The translations under genes were made by a program, and so were the position numbers. The notes beneath the pieces were generated by a model. The model had not been told where the DNA came from. It was given only the letters and a program-made list of their open reading frames with translations, and did not search any database. Of a DNA stretch of 64,000 nucleotides, positions 11,187-23,154 are shown one piece after another. How positions within the stretch are numbered: the first letter of the stretch is position 1; every line of letters begins with the position of its first letter. Location of the stretch: sequence record MK250021.1; one strand, 5' to 3'.

Positions 11187-11687
11187 ATGGATTATAAAAA
11201 TATTATAGATACAATAACAAAATATGTAGGTGATTATATAGCATCCCATGCAAATAGAAATGAATTACTTACAAGTTATGATTCTGTTAATAAGATAGAT
11301 GAAGCTATAAAGAATATAGATAATACTCTTAATTCTATAGATGATTCTGAATTATCAGAAAAACTTAAAGATTATAAACAAAAGAAGGAGGAAGAAAAAC
11401 GAACTATAATGAATGACCTCATGTATAAAATATTACCAAAACAACCGGTAATTGATATGGATGATTATGTTAGAATACAAGATAATAAAGGAGAACATTT
11501 AATTCTTAAAAATGTTGATGATTCTTTTATAGATCCTTTATTTCCTTCAAAAATAACGGCAGTTAAACAAAAGGAAAAGAAGAAAACTGTTACAAAAACA
11601 GCAAGAGAATATTATGATGATTATTCATCAGGAGGATGTGGTAATACATATGGTTCTCCATATCATCATTGGAGTGGTGGATGTTAA
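11187..11687 (+). CDS. hypothetical protein with Gly/Cys-rich C-terminal tail (166 aa)
   Basis: Open frame; ends SSGGCGNTYGSPYHHWSGGC. Confidence 0.7.
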   Translation: MDYKNIIDTITKYVGDYIASHANRNELLTSYDSVNKIDEAIKNIDNTLNSIDDSELSEKLKDYKQKKEEEKRTIMNDLMYKILPKQPVIDMDDYVRIQDNKGEHLILKNVDDSFIDPLFPSKITAVKQKEKKKTVTKTAREYYDDYSSGGCGNTYGSPYHHWSGGC

Positions 11688-11719
11688 AAAATATAAAGTT
11701 TTAATATATAAAGATTATT

Positions 11720-12661
11720 ATGTCAAAAGAAGAAATAATTAATAGTTTTCCAGAACCATTATATGGTTATAATTTATCTAAAGATAAAGTTATAGAACTA
11801 ATAGAGTTATGTATGAATTCTAAATCAGCTAATATATTAAATAATATTTTAACTGATTTTATTAATAAAAATGTTTCACATATTGATTTTATAATTAGGG
11901 AAGATGATATAGATACCGGTATTTTAAGTAAAAAAGATATTGATAGTAATTTAAAATTCGATCAATTTATGGCATGGTATTATGGTTTTTCTGATTATAA
12001 TAAAATCATGTATGATAAGTATTCAGATTATTTAAAAGATAAACATGTTATTGCACCTAAATATTGTGTAAAAGATTGGTTTAATGATGTAATAAAGTAT
12101 TATAAAGAGCAACATCAACCAATTCATACGTTATATGATGCATGTAAAATTGCTGCTGATATGCTTTATAAAGATGTATTCAATGAAGAATATCAAAGTA
12201 TGAGGACGTCATATCATAATGATCAAACATTGATGTGTCAAGCATTAGGATCATATCTTAAACAGAAATATATGTATAAAGTAAGTGTTTCTCAAAAGAA
12301 ATTGTTCTATAAGGAAACAATGAGATGCCTTATGTTTCCACGATATTTTGGTTATAATAATGATTATCTTTCATATATATTTAAAAAAGGAAAGTATCCT
12401 CGTAAAACAAAGAAATTTCTTAATAATCCAAATAGTCATAATATTTCTGGCAAAAATAGATTTAATAAAATTAGAAGAAATAAAACACATATGAATATTA
12501 GGAAATTATATTCTGATTATGGTCCTCAAATGGATTTATATCATATATTTAAAAATTCAGGTATTCCTGAAGAAATAACAAATAAGATTTGTCCTTGGAA
12601 AGAATATGTATCTATAAACATCGATGATATGTCAGTTAATGTAAACGGAACATTTTATTAA
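11720..12661 (+). CDS. hypothetical protein (313 aa)
   Basis: Long open frame within the operon; no recognised motif. Confidence 0.75.
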   Translation: MSKEEIINSFPEPLYGYNLSKDKVIELIELCMNSKSANILNNILTDFINKNVSHIDFIIREDDIDTGILSKKDIDSNLKFDQFMAWYYGFSDYNKIMYDKYSDYLKDKHVIAPKYCVKDWFNDVIKYYKEQHQPIHTLYDACKIAADMLYKDVFNEEYQSMRTSYHNDQTLMCQALGSYLKQKYMYKVSVSQKKLFYKETMRCLMFPRYFGYNNDYLSYIFKKGKYPRKTKKFLNNPNSHNISGKNRFNKIRRNKTHMNIRKLYSDYGPQMDLYHIFKNSGIPEEITNKICPWKEYVSINIDDMSVNVNGTFY

Positions 12662-12670
12662 ATTAAAATT

Positions 12671-13843
12671 ATGGAAGAAAAACAATAGATAAATGATGAA
12701 TATATAATTTCTTTATTTTTCACATCAACTACAATGCCACATAGAATAAGATCATCATCCAATAAAATAATTGAAAATAATAATGATATAAAAAAATATT
12801 TGTTACATAGATTTAACGATTCTAATAATTGTAGTTATAAAGAAATACTTCATAGAATAAAATATAATATAGAAGAAAAACCTAAATGCCCAATTTGTGG
12901 AAAATATGTAAAATATTATGGTCTTTCAAATATGTTATATGGGAAAACATGTTCACGTAAATGTCAATACGAATATATGAAAACCGATGAATTTCAAAAT
13001 AAAATAGATCATTCATATATGAAAGATCCTAATATTATAAAAAGAATATAGGATAAACGAAAATTAAAAATGAATGAAATTAGAGAAAAGACAAAATAGA
13101 CTCTTTTTGTCAGATATGGTGATTCACATTATAATAATAGAAATAAATGTAAACAAACATTATTAGAAAAATATGGTGTTGATAATATAATGTAGTTAGA
13201 TTTTGTAAAAGATAAAATAAAGAAAACAAATTTGATTCGTTATGGTGTTGAATGGTCAGCACAAAATAAGCAAATAAATCAAAAAACAATAGATACACAA
13301 ATAAAAAAATATGGTGGTGTATTTAATCCAGAAAAAGTAAGAAAAACAAATATTGAAAAATATGGAGTGGAAAAACCATTTATGTCTGAAGAAATTCAAA
13401 ATAAAGTTGAAAATAAACGAGATATTATTCAAAAGAAAACTAATATAACAAAACGTTTAAGAGGTACATTTAATACATCAAAACCTGAAAATGAATCTAA
13501 AACTTTATTAGAAAATAAATTTGGCATTAATAATGTATTAACTCAATATAAAACCGAATTATATCCATTTTATTGTGACTTTTATGTCAAATCATTAAAT
13601 TTATATATAGAATGTAATTATCATTGGACACATGGTGGTCATGTATTTAATGAAAATGATTTAAATGATATAGAAAAACTTAATAAATGGAAAAATAAAA
13701 ATACAAAATTTTATAATACAGCAATAGATGTTTGGACTGTAAGAGATCCATTAAAAATAAAAACCGCATATGATAATAATTTAAATTATAAAACTTTTTA
13801 TTCTTTAGATGAATTAAAACAATATTTAGAAAATACATTATAA
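12671..13843 (+). CDS. putative free-standing homing endonuclease (Zn finger + KYGV repeats + Vsr/DUF559-like nuclease; 390 aa, 4 TAG)
   Basis: ATG 12671, TAG at codon 6 and three more join track ORFs 12734..13051 and 13232..13843; CPICGK...CSRKC, repeated (R/K)YG(V/D), C-terminal CDFYVKSLNLYIECNYHWTH. Confidence 0.75.
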
Positions 13844-13868
13844 ATATAAGAAACTATAATTTTAATAA

Positions 13869-15293
13869 ATGAAAGTAACAACAAAGAAAGTTAAAGGTTT
13901 AGACGCACATATTATTGAAGATAGTAATAAGAAAGTAGTAAGAACTATAACAGATTTTTTAAATACAGATTATAAGGATTATACAAAATATGTAATTGCT
14001 ACAAGAGCATTACCGAGTCTTCTTGATGGATTTAAAGTAGGAGCTAGAAAGATTATGCATGCTGCTTTCCATGGAGGTATGAAAAATGGGTCTGAGATCA
14101 AGAATTTGAATTTGGTTGGCGATGTTTATAATTTAACATTATATCAACATGGTGACGCGAGTTTGGTAAATACAATGTTTACAATGTCTGCAGAGTTCCG
14201 TGATAACCTGCATCCTATTACCATAACTGGTCAACATGGTTCGTTACGTGATGAAAAAGCTGTTTCAGCTCCACGTTATCTTTATTGTAAGTTATCTCCA
14301 TACGCAAAACTTTATAAAGTAGATGAAGATCTTCTTGAATATGTTTTTGATGAAGGTGCTTATCTTGAACCAGTAAATTATTGGCCTATTATTCCTACTG
14401 TTATTACTGCACGTGCAGAAGGTATGGCACCAGGTTATAAATTCAGTTCATTTTCTTATAACCCTATTGATATTATCGACGCATGTACAGAAGTATTGAA
14501 TACTGGAGATATTAAAGAAACTATTATTAGACCTTATGTTAGAGGTATTGAAGAAGATAGATTTACATTTGATAAAGATGCTGGTAAATGGTTGAATTCA
14601 GGTGTATATAAGGTAGATATTAAGAATGATATATTTCAGGTAACAGACCTTCCATATGATATGGGATTTGATAAGTTTGAGAAGAAACTTAATGATATGG
14701 TAGAAAAAGGGTATCTTAAGGATTGGAAGAATTATTCTCAGGATGATAAGTTGAATTATTGGTTGATATTTCCTAAGAAACAACTTGAACGTGAGATGAA
14801 ACCAGAACGTAAAGATAAACTTTTTAAGAAAATTGGATTATATACATATGTACCAGATGATTTACTTTATGTTCTTGATGAACATAAGAAAGTAAAGCAT
14901 TTTATCAATAAGGAAGAACTTATTAAATATTTTGTTAATATTCGTCTTAACAAATATAATGATAGGAAAGATAGATTAGTTTCTGTCATGGAAAAACGTT
15001 ATGAGGAAAACAATAATATTTGTAAATTTATAGAATTAGTTAACAGTGGTGAATTAGTTATCTCTAATAGAAAGAGAAAAGATGTAAAGGATGATTTGAA
15101 GAAATATAATTTACCTGAAACTGTATTACAAATTCAGATTTCTAAGTTAACTGATGAAGAGAAGAAAGAATTGATTAAGAAGAATAAGGAGATTGAAAAA
15201 GAACTTAAGTATATTAAGAAAACAACTATTAAGGACATGTATCTTAATGATTTAAGTGAATTGAGAAAATCTCTTGAAAATGATTTTAAATAA
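13869..15293 (+). CDS. type IIA DNA topoisomerase, DNA-cleavage subunit (T4 gp52-like, GyrA-like)
   Basis: RALPSLLDGFKVGARK, YQHGDASL, catalytic APRY. Confidence 0.95.
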   Translation: MKVTTKKVKGLDAHIIEDSNKKVVRTITDFLNTDYKDYTKYVIATRALPSLLDGFKVGARKIMHAAFHGGMKNGSEIKNLNLVGDVYNLTLYQHGDASLVNTMFTMSAEFRDNLHPITITGQHGSLRDEKAVSAPRYLYCKLSPYAKLYKVDEDLLEYVFDEGAYLEPVNYWPIIPTVITARAEGMAPGYKFSSFSYNPIDIIDACTEVLNTGDIKETIIRPYVRGIEEDRFTFDKDAGKWLNSGVYKVDIKNDIFQVTDLPYDMGFDKFEKKLNDMVEKGYLKDWKNYSQDDKLNYWLIFPKKQLEREMKPERKDKLFKKIGLYTYVPDDLLYVLDEHKKVKHFINKEELIKYFVNIRLNKYNDRKDRLVSVMEKRYEENNNICKFIELVNSGELVISNRKRKDVKDDLKKYNLPETVLQIQISKLTDEEKKELIKKNKEIEKELKYIKKTTIKDMYLNDLSELRKSLENDFK

Positions 15294-16057
15294 TGATAGA
15301 TAATCTTTTTGATGATGATATTTTAATTGGTGATGATTCATCTTCTGTATTTAATGATACAGGAGTTGAATCATTAACTAATTTAATAGGTAATAATATT
15401 ACGGAACTTAAGAAAAATTCATATCTTAATATGAGAGGAACTAATTATGATGTATGGAGAGCATATCTTAATGAGACAAAAGGAAGATACCATGATGGAT
15501 ATTGGAATAGTTTTTCATATAATGTAAATGATCCTTATAATGTTACATTAAAAATTAAATCATTAAATGGATTTAAATTTCATAATAGACAAACAAATTA
15601 TAGATTAGGTATTTTAGACATTAATTTATTTAGATGCATTCCATATATACAGAAGATAGAATTAGAACCAATATATGATGATAGAACAATATTTAATGAT
15701 ATTATCTTTATGAATATGTTAAATAACAATAAACATAAAGATAATAATATGATAGATAAATCATTTGTTGATAATTTACAATGGTTAGAAGAAATACGGA
15801 ATGAATATCAAATAAAGAATAATATATCACAGTATATAGTATTTCAAGGATGTGTATTTGATGTTGATGCAATTCAATATTTAAATGATAATATTCCAGA
15901 TAATTTTGATATTATCATAACTTCAGACTGTGATATATTTATGAATGATGAATATATAAATGTTTTTAGATTACCATTGATGTTTAATACTAATTTTGAT
16001 TGGAATACATGTAATAAAATATCATTATATAGAGAACCTATATTTAAAATTCATTAA
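15293..16057 (+). CDS. hypothetical protein with LFDDD-type leader (254 aa)
   Basis: Open frame overlapping the topoisomerase stop by 1 nt; starts MIDNLFDDDILIGDD. Confidence 0.7.
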   Translation: MIDNLFDDDILIGDDSSSVFNDTGVESLTNLIGNNITELKKNSYLNMRGTNYDVWRAYLNETKGRYHDGYWNSFSYNVNDPYNVTLKIKSLNGFKFHNRQTNYRLGILDINLFRCIPYIQKIELEPIYDDRTIFNDIIFMNMLNNNKHKDNNMIDKSFVDNLQWLEEIRNEYQIKNNISQYIVFQGCVFDVDAIQYLNDNIPDNFDIIITSDCDIFMNDEYINVFRLPLMFNTNFDWNTCNKISLYREPIFKIH

Positions 16058-16374
16058 AAAAGACCATTGTTTATAGAATTATTATCTTTTGTTAACTCAT
16101 AAGCATATTCAATTAATTCTGATGATGATTTACATTCAATAAGAATAACTTTAGACCTCATACTATCTAAATAACCTTTATTTATATTTTCATATACAGG
16201 ATATTTGTTATGTTCAAAGTCTTTATGAATAATAAGATATGGACAAAAACTAAAGTCGGATAAGTATGTTTCTGGATAACCTAATTTATGAAGTTTATCT
16301 AATAATTTTTTAATATCTTCTACAATATGTAAATCAATATAATATATTTTATAAAACATTTTAATAATTTTCAT
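16054..16374 (-). CDS. hypothetical protein (106 aa)
   Basis: Open frame ATG to TAA. Confidence 0.6.
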   Translation of the reverse strand: MKIIKMFYKIYYIDLHIVEDIKKLLDKLHKLGYPETYLSDFSFCPYLIIHKDFEHNKYPVYENINKGYLDSMRSKVILIECKSSSELIEYAYELTKDNNSINNGLF

Positions 16375-16409
16375 TTATAAATTATATAACAGAAATTAGT
16401 AAAAGATTT

Positions 16410-16703
16410 ATGGAAACCAAGAAAAGAATAGAATTATATAATAGATATTATAAAGGTGTTTATCTTGAGCAAATATCTGAACATGAATATCAGTTACATG
16501 GACCAGATGAAATATTTCATTATATGAGAGTCGGATTTAATAATGATATTAATTGTAAACCAGATTATACAAATATTAATTTTATAGATCCAGATGGAGG
16601 ACCATTTTTGAGTGTAGGAAATAAAATAGATGAAGATAAAATTATCACATCTATTATTAGTATGAAAATTGAAAATAAATGTGTATATATTCTAGAAATT
16701 TAA
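16410..16703 (+). CDS. hypothetical phage protein (97 aa)
   Basis: Open frame with FIDPDGGPFLSVG motif; followed by a terminator. Confidence 0.7.
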   Translation: METKKRIELYNRYYKGVYLEQISEHEYQLHGPDEIFHYMRVGFNNDINCKPDYTNINFIDPDGGPFLSVGNKIDEDKIITSIISMKIENKCVYILEI

Positions 16704-16731
16704 AAGGAAGATCAATGATGATCTTCCTTTT
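16702..16731. terminator. bidirectional intrinsic terminator
   Basis: AAAAGGAAGATCA / TGATCTTCCTTTT between convergent genes. Confidence 0.75.
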
Positions 16732-16742
16732 ATATATTGTTA

Positions 16743-17867
16743 TTAATCGAAAATATCATGATATTGTTCTAAAGCATAATCTGATAGTTTAACAGTTATA
16801 CACGAATTAGGGGTTGCATTTCTTAATATTATAGGATCTTTTGCCGTATTTTCATTATTTGCAAATCTTGTATCTATCATAGCATAAAAATCAAATGTTA
16901 TACCCTTTGATGTTAATTCATATTCAGCAGAATCATCTTCTTTTTCTAATTCATTTAATGGATATATATCTTTCTATAATAACCATAATAAGAATACAGG
17001 TATTTTATATTGCTTTGATACCTTTGATGCATTAATAGATTTATTCCAGTTAAAATACATAACTCCATAAGGCTCATTATTTTTATCTAAATCAAAATAT
17101 TTAATAAATTGCGTTATTCCTGTACCTACTGTTTTTTTATACCTATTTTTTAAAAATGATAATCGTTTTTCTCTATCTTTAGTATTCTTAATGATATTTT
17201 TCTAATCATCAGAATCCTTCTCATCATATATAACTTTACCTGTTAATTTAATGGTTGCAATATCTTTAAATGAATATCTACCTTCATTTGTATATCGATG
17301 TTCCATAAAAATTATGCCTTCATCTTCAGATAATAATATTTTATGACAATACATATCTTTTTTAAATATATCTTGAATAATTGACGGCATTTTAGGAAAT
17401 GTATGACATACCCAAATTGTATACTTTTCAATATCAGCATTATATGCATTAAACATTGGTTGCCCTGGTGAAGGAAAATTATAATTTGGACGAAGTAATT
17501 TCTGAGCTTTCATATAATCTATGCCATGTGTAAATGCATATGGACAATTTGATGCTGTATATTCAGTAAATCCTTTTGCTTTAAGTTGGTTCATTACTTT
17601 TTCTCCATATGCATCAATACCATATGATATTTTACTTTCATGTGTTAATATTTGATTTCCATCCTTATCTCTATCATATTTCCATGCACGAGGTTTATCA
17701 ACACCTAATAAATCTATGATAACTGGTTTTAAATCATTCGATGCTATTTTTGATGATATTTCCTAATCTATTAAGCCTGTATTTTCTTCATCTCCTAAAA
17801 TATCATCATCAAATAGATCGGACGATGATTCATATAATTTTAATAACTTATATATATTCTTTTTCAT
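16743..17867 (-). CDS. hypothetical protein with LFDDD leader (374 aa, 3 TAG)
   Basis: ATG 17867 (MKKNIYKLLKLYESSSDLFDDDILGDEE) reads through 3 TAG to TAA 16743; includes track ORF 17202..17594. Confidence 0.8.
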
Positions 17868-17909
17868 ATATTAATATTCTTATATTATGTATAATATTTA
17901 TTAAATAAA

Positions 17910-17947
17910 AAAGAACTGTAAATCTTTTTGATAATTTACAGTTCTTT
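17910..17947 (-). terminator. intrinsic terminator
   Basis: AAAGAACTGTAAAT / ATTTACAGTTCTTT immediately after the stop of the 1328-aa gene. Confidence 0.7.
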
Positions 17948-17965
17948 AATTTATGTATTATTATA

Positions 17966-20900
17966 TTAACTTGCTAATATAAGAAGTATTGGTGTAAGTG
18001 CTGCAGACTTCCATATAGCATAGAATGTTTTATTCGATGTAATTGCAGCTGAATTACCTGATGTTGAACCAGAAGTTGCAGAATCACTTGTTGCCCATCC
18101 TTGGAATGTATATCCAGATTTAGTAGGTGTATAAGTACTGAATGATACTGTACTACCGGATTCAACAGATTGAGTAGGATTAGTGGTTGAACTATTATAT
18201 GTACCACCATTAAGATTCCATGTAACTGTAAATACTTGTTTCCATGCAGCGTAATATTTTGTATCACCACTATTAATAGTAGCAGTTGATGTTGAACCTG
18301 ATGTTGCAGAACTTGTTTCTGCCCATCCTTTAAAGTTATATCCACTTCTCGTTGGAGTATAACTGCCTAAATTGATTGATTTTACATATGTAACATATGG
18401 AGTAGTTGTATATGTTGTACTACTTACTACTAATGAACCACCATTTGGATAAAGACTAACTTTATATGATGCAATAGTTAACTATGCGTATACAGTCGTT
18501 GCAGATGTTATTGCTGTTTCTGTTTTTGAAATTAAAGTACCACCAGATGATGCAGTATACCATGCTGCTGTATATCTTATTGTATCTGCGTCATTCTTAA
18601 TAGGACTTGCAAAAGATGCAGGTACAGATAATTCATTATATTTTGTATTTTTATTAACTGACGATTTTTTGTTTGCTTTTGTGCCATCTTCCCATATTGC
18701 AATAGATGTATTTGTATTTTGCCAGGTAATTGTAACAGAATCTTTAGACCATGTTGCATAATATGTTTTTGCTTCTGAAACTTTCTATGAACCTGTTAAT
18801 GTTCCAGATGTGTCAGTATCTCTTATATTCCATCCTGCAAATGTATAATCAGTTTTAACAGGTTTATAATCATCATATTTAAATGATGTTACGTAAATTT
18901 CCCATTTTGTTGATTTATCTGAACTAGATACTTGTCCGCCATTACAATCTAATATAACTTTATAATTTGTACTGAAATGTAAATAGAATGTAGTATCACC
19001 TGTTACTGTAGTGTCATTATCTTTAATAACTATATTACCAGTTTCAGTAGTATACCAACTTCCATTTGACTTATATTGCTCTGATTTGTCTGAATTATAT
19101 AAAGTAACCCTAACACCTGATGGGACCTTTATATCTTTATATACCGTATCATATTTTTCTGTTGTCGTTGTTGATGATGTATATGTTTGGTCATCTTTAG
19201 AATAGAAATTATATACAGGGTAACTCTTCCAATATATTGTATAACTTCTTGCCGAACTTGAATATATAGCATAGAAATTAAATGTATTATTAATTGTAGT
19301 TATAGGATATGGAAATGTCACTATACTACCAGTTGAAGTTAATGACCATCCACTAAATGAATAAGTAGATGCTTTATCTGCTGCTTTTGTTGGTTCTGAA
19401 TTATATGTTTCTGTTTTATCACCATAATTTACTGTTGTAGATTTCTATGTGGTGTTATCTGAGAATACACCACCATTTGAGTTCCAATATATATTTTTTT
19501 CTGTTATTGTAAAATTCGCAGTAAATTTATGAGAAGATGTTAAATTAAATGTATATGGCATGCTATGACCACCGTCTGCATCAACCCAAGCTACAAATGA
19601 ATATTTTGACTTTGTTGGACTTACTTTATAACCTGCATCGGTTGTAGATACAGTTACACTTCCTTTTGCATAATAATAATATATTTCTGTTGTTTTTGTA
19701 CCACTTCCAGATGATGCAGATAATGTACCTCCATTAGGATCCCATGTTACTTTGATATATGCGGTTGGTTGCGTCCATCGAGCATATAATGTAATGTCAC
19801 TTTGTAATGTAGATGAACTAGATACAGCGTTACCGTCTGTTTTGGTGGAATAATTATTAGCAAATGTATATTTATAATTACTTCCATCTATCCATGTTGG
19901 TGTTTCATCCGGAGTTAAATCTGTATATTTAGTACCTTCACTAAATTTTTTTGTTACAGTTGTATCTGTTATTGCGGAACCATTTCTATACCATTTTGCA
20001 TATGAATTATTGATGCTAAATGTTACTGTATATGTTGTTGTATTACCTGTTTGTGATAATGTCGCCGTTCCAGTAAGGCCATTATAACTACCAGTAAATG
20101 TATATTTTCTACTGTCTTTACTTGTACCTAAATTTGGGATAGTGACACTTGAATCTGATACAGTAATACTATTATCAGTAGTACTCGAACCAATTTTATA
20201 TGAGCCGGTAAAAGTAGTGCCGTTAGTAACAGTTGTATCCGTATCTTTTGTACTTGTAGCTCTAGATGTCCATGATACATTATATGTTTTCGTCAGTACT
20301 GCTTTTAATGTTGCCGAACCACCTTTATAATCATAAGTAGTAGGGTCTACAGATACCTTTAATTTAGATGATGATTCTATAGATGCTTGTGTTCCAGAAT
20401 TACCTTGCCTTGTAAGTGTTGCAGTAGATGTAGCAGTTAATATTGTACCGGAATTATTTTTAACATCATATTGTTTCCCATCGTATATATGTTTAAGTCC
20501 TTTAACTGCTACAGAAATTGTAGCGTAACTATTATTAGCTGATGCTGTAGTTGTACCTAAAGATTCAGCTGTTTTAGATGTTGGTGTAAATGTATACATT
20601 GAATTAGTTAAGTCGCTTAATGTCCAATTTACAGTTTCCTATGAAGTCTTACCTTCCATAGAAGTATAATGCCATATATATGTACCCTTCAATGTACAAT
20701 CCGTTGCAGTTATAGTCCCTCCTGATGCTGGAAAATGATAACCAGATGAACCTTTTGCATAACTAAATGTTGTAATATTTAAATCAGTATAATAGAAAGC
20801 TTTAGATGTATCAGGACCATCTAATTTCTGAGTTACTGTAGCTTCATTAGATTTTATATTATCATATGTTGTTTGAAATTTTATAGTTCTTGCAGATGAT

Positions 20901-21952
20901 GTTGCAGGTATTGTATATGATCCTCCTCTTATATTAGTTGTTCCAGATATACCAGATACCGTATAATTACTATTAGCACTTAATGTTTCTGGACCTTGAT
21001 TTGCATCAGTTCCACCACCGGATGTTGAACCAGAAGAATATTGATATACAGTTTTATGTAATGTATATTTTCTACTTAAACTAAATGTTACAGTTCCACC
21101 GGAGCTATATACTACAGTTGGACTTACAGAAAGAATAACGCTTTCTGTTGTTTTAGTTTCCCCTGTTTTAACTGATTTTACATTAGCGTCTTGTTTAACA
21201 GTAAATTCAGGGTGTGTTAGTGTAACACTATCTATTGTTGTTGATTTTTGGATAGTTCCGCCTGCGGCAATTGTTTTAACATTTGTTACACCTGATTCTG
21301 TTGTACCTTTTGTTGTTGCCGAAACGGTTGTAAACGTAACAGTTTCAGAAGCATCTTCTGTTTCACCGGAATTGAATGTTTTTCTGTATGTTAATTTACC
21401 AGAACTTACAGTTCCACCAGATGCAGGAATATTATCAACTGTGATAACGGCATTATCTAATTTAGTTACATACTTATCACGTTTTGTTTGAGTAATTGTT
21501 ATATTTGCTTGTTCATGTATATCGCCACGTAACCCAACTGCATATATTATAATAGTTCTATCTGATGAAGCATTATCTCTTTGTTCAAATGTAACACTAA
21601 AAGGATTATTATATGTATTTTGACCATACTAAGTTGGTGTATTATTTATTTTACAACCTGATGTCTCACCACTTTTAAAAGAGGCATTAGGATAGTTATA
21701 TACTCTTTCTTCTGTTCTTGTAGAAAAGCCTTCGCGTATTAAATATGTCTCTTTACGATATAAATTAAATGTTTGTGTTGTACCACCTTCCCATGATATA
21801 TTAGGTACAGTATTTGGGTCAGAACCGTATTCTATTTTAATTAAAGTTTCTGTTTTCTTTACATAGAATCTTTTACTGCTTTTCTAACCTTCCCATGATA
21901 CGTGACTATTTTTCTAAACATCTATTGCCTAATTACTATTTTTTATAATCAT
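17966..21952 (-). CDS. tail fibre/adhesin-like Ig-domain protein (1328 aa, at least 8 TAG): BACON-like N-half plus Listeria-Bacteroides (InlB B-repeat-like) repeats
   Basis: Single frame ATG 21952 to TAA 17966, interrupted only by TAG in the parts read; T/S-rich; PASGG and N-x-SSDRT...ITQ motifs; repeated (V/W)-x-x-NGG...PT(K/R)-x-(G/D)Y-x-F-x-GW...YA-x-W; one TAG falls at VYA*L where other repeats have a sense codon. Confidence 0.8.
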
Positions 21953-21970
21953 GATTAAATAATATTATTT

Positions 21971-23041
21971 TTAAAACTAATCCTTATATGCATTATATGT
22001 AGCAATTACATCTTTAAGATGAATATCAGGGAATAATTGTAATTTTTTCAATACCTATATATAATCCTATCTATTATAATATATATTTCTAGATATTCTA
22101 TAAGGATTCTTTCCAGTTATAACAGATATTAGAATATCGTCATTAAATGAAAGTTGCATATCTTTATAATCTCTATTCTTCGCACATATAAATAAAGCAG
22201 CAAGTCTCGCAACCATTTTATCAGGATTTGTTATCTTATCAAAACCACTATACTTACCGGTCATTAAGCATTTATCCATACGATCAATGTCTTTCTATGT
22301 AACTTTATATACTTTACCTGTACATGTTAATTCATCAGCAAGTCTCTTTGTGCTAAATATAGTTTCAACTTGTCCTTTTAATGCAATACTAATTTCATTA
22401 ATTTTCTTATTTACATTTGAAAACTATTCTTGATTAATCTTATCAATAACTTTATTAATAGACGCATTTTTATCTTTATCACCTGGTCGGCGTAAAGGCG
22501 TTGATGGATATTTAATTAATTTCCATATAACTTTATAATCTGTTCCAAAATTATTAAATACAACAGCCCATGATTTTAATACTTTTTCTTTATTTCTATA
22601 TGTAATAGTATAAGGTTCCTATTTAATTGTAAATTCAATTTTTTTACTCTATTCCGAACCTATATAACATATAAAATAATATACTTCCTGAAATTTTCCT
22701 GTTTCTGGATCAATAACTGAATTACGGTTAATTATAACCATTTTATTTTTATCAGATAATTTATCTTTATCCATCTTTGATGCCCAAAAGAAACCATTAT
22801 CCGTACATCTATCTATTTCATTCATAACAGCTACTACTGTATTGATTACCTAATTATTTAAATCGTATTTATTAATAAAATATTCATTTACCTCTTCTTG
22901 ATTATCACACTATCCTAACGATGTTATCTTTGTAGCATTTGAAATTAATTCAGATGTTTTATTTGATGCATCATCATTATATAAATCATCAAATTCATCA
23001 TCAAATAAACTTTCCAATAAAAGTTTGATATTCTTGTTCAT
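21971..23041 (-). CDS. hypothetical protein with LLE-SLFDD leader (356 aa, 9 TAG)
   Basis: ATG 23041 (MNKNIKLLLESLFDDEFDD) is open to TAA 21971 if TAG is sense; includes track ORF 22067..22279. Confidence 0.8.
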
Positions 23042-23117
23042 AAAACGTTAAAAAATACTTTTATTATTTATTTTTGATATATTTTCATTAATGTGTTTTC
23101 TTATTTCAAATAAATGT

Positions 23118-23129
23118 TGTATCTTTGTA
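23118..23129 (+). promoter_or_regulatory. Bacteroidota-type -7 promoter element
   Basis: TGTATCTTTGTA heading the operon that ends in the TonB-dependent receptor. Confidence 0.7.
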
Positions 23130-23154
23130 TTGAATTAAATTAAACAATTAAGTT

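Noticed and set aside
17974-18759. Track ORFs 17974..18345 and 18577..18759 as separate genes
   Set aside because: They are off-frame within the 1328-aa TAG-readthrough gene, whose frame gives coherent repeats
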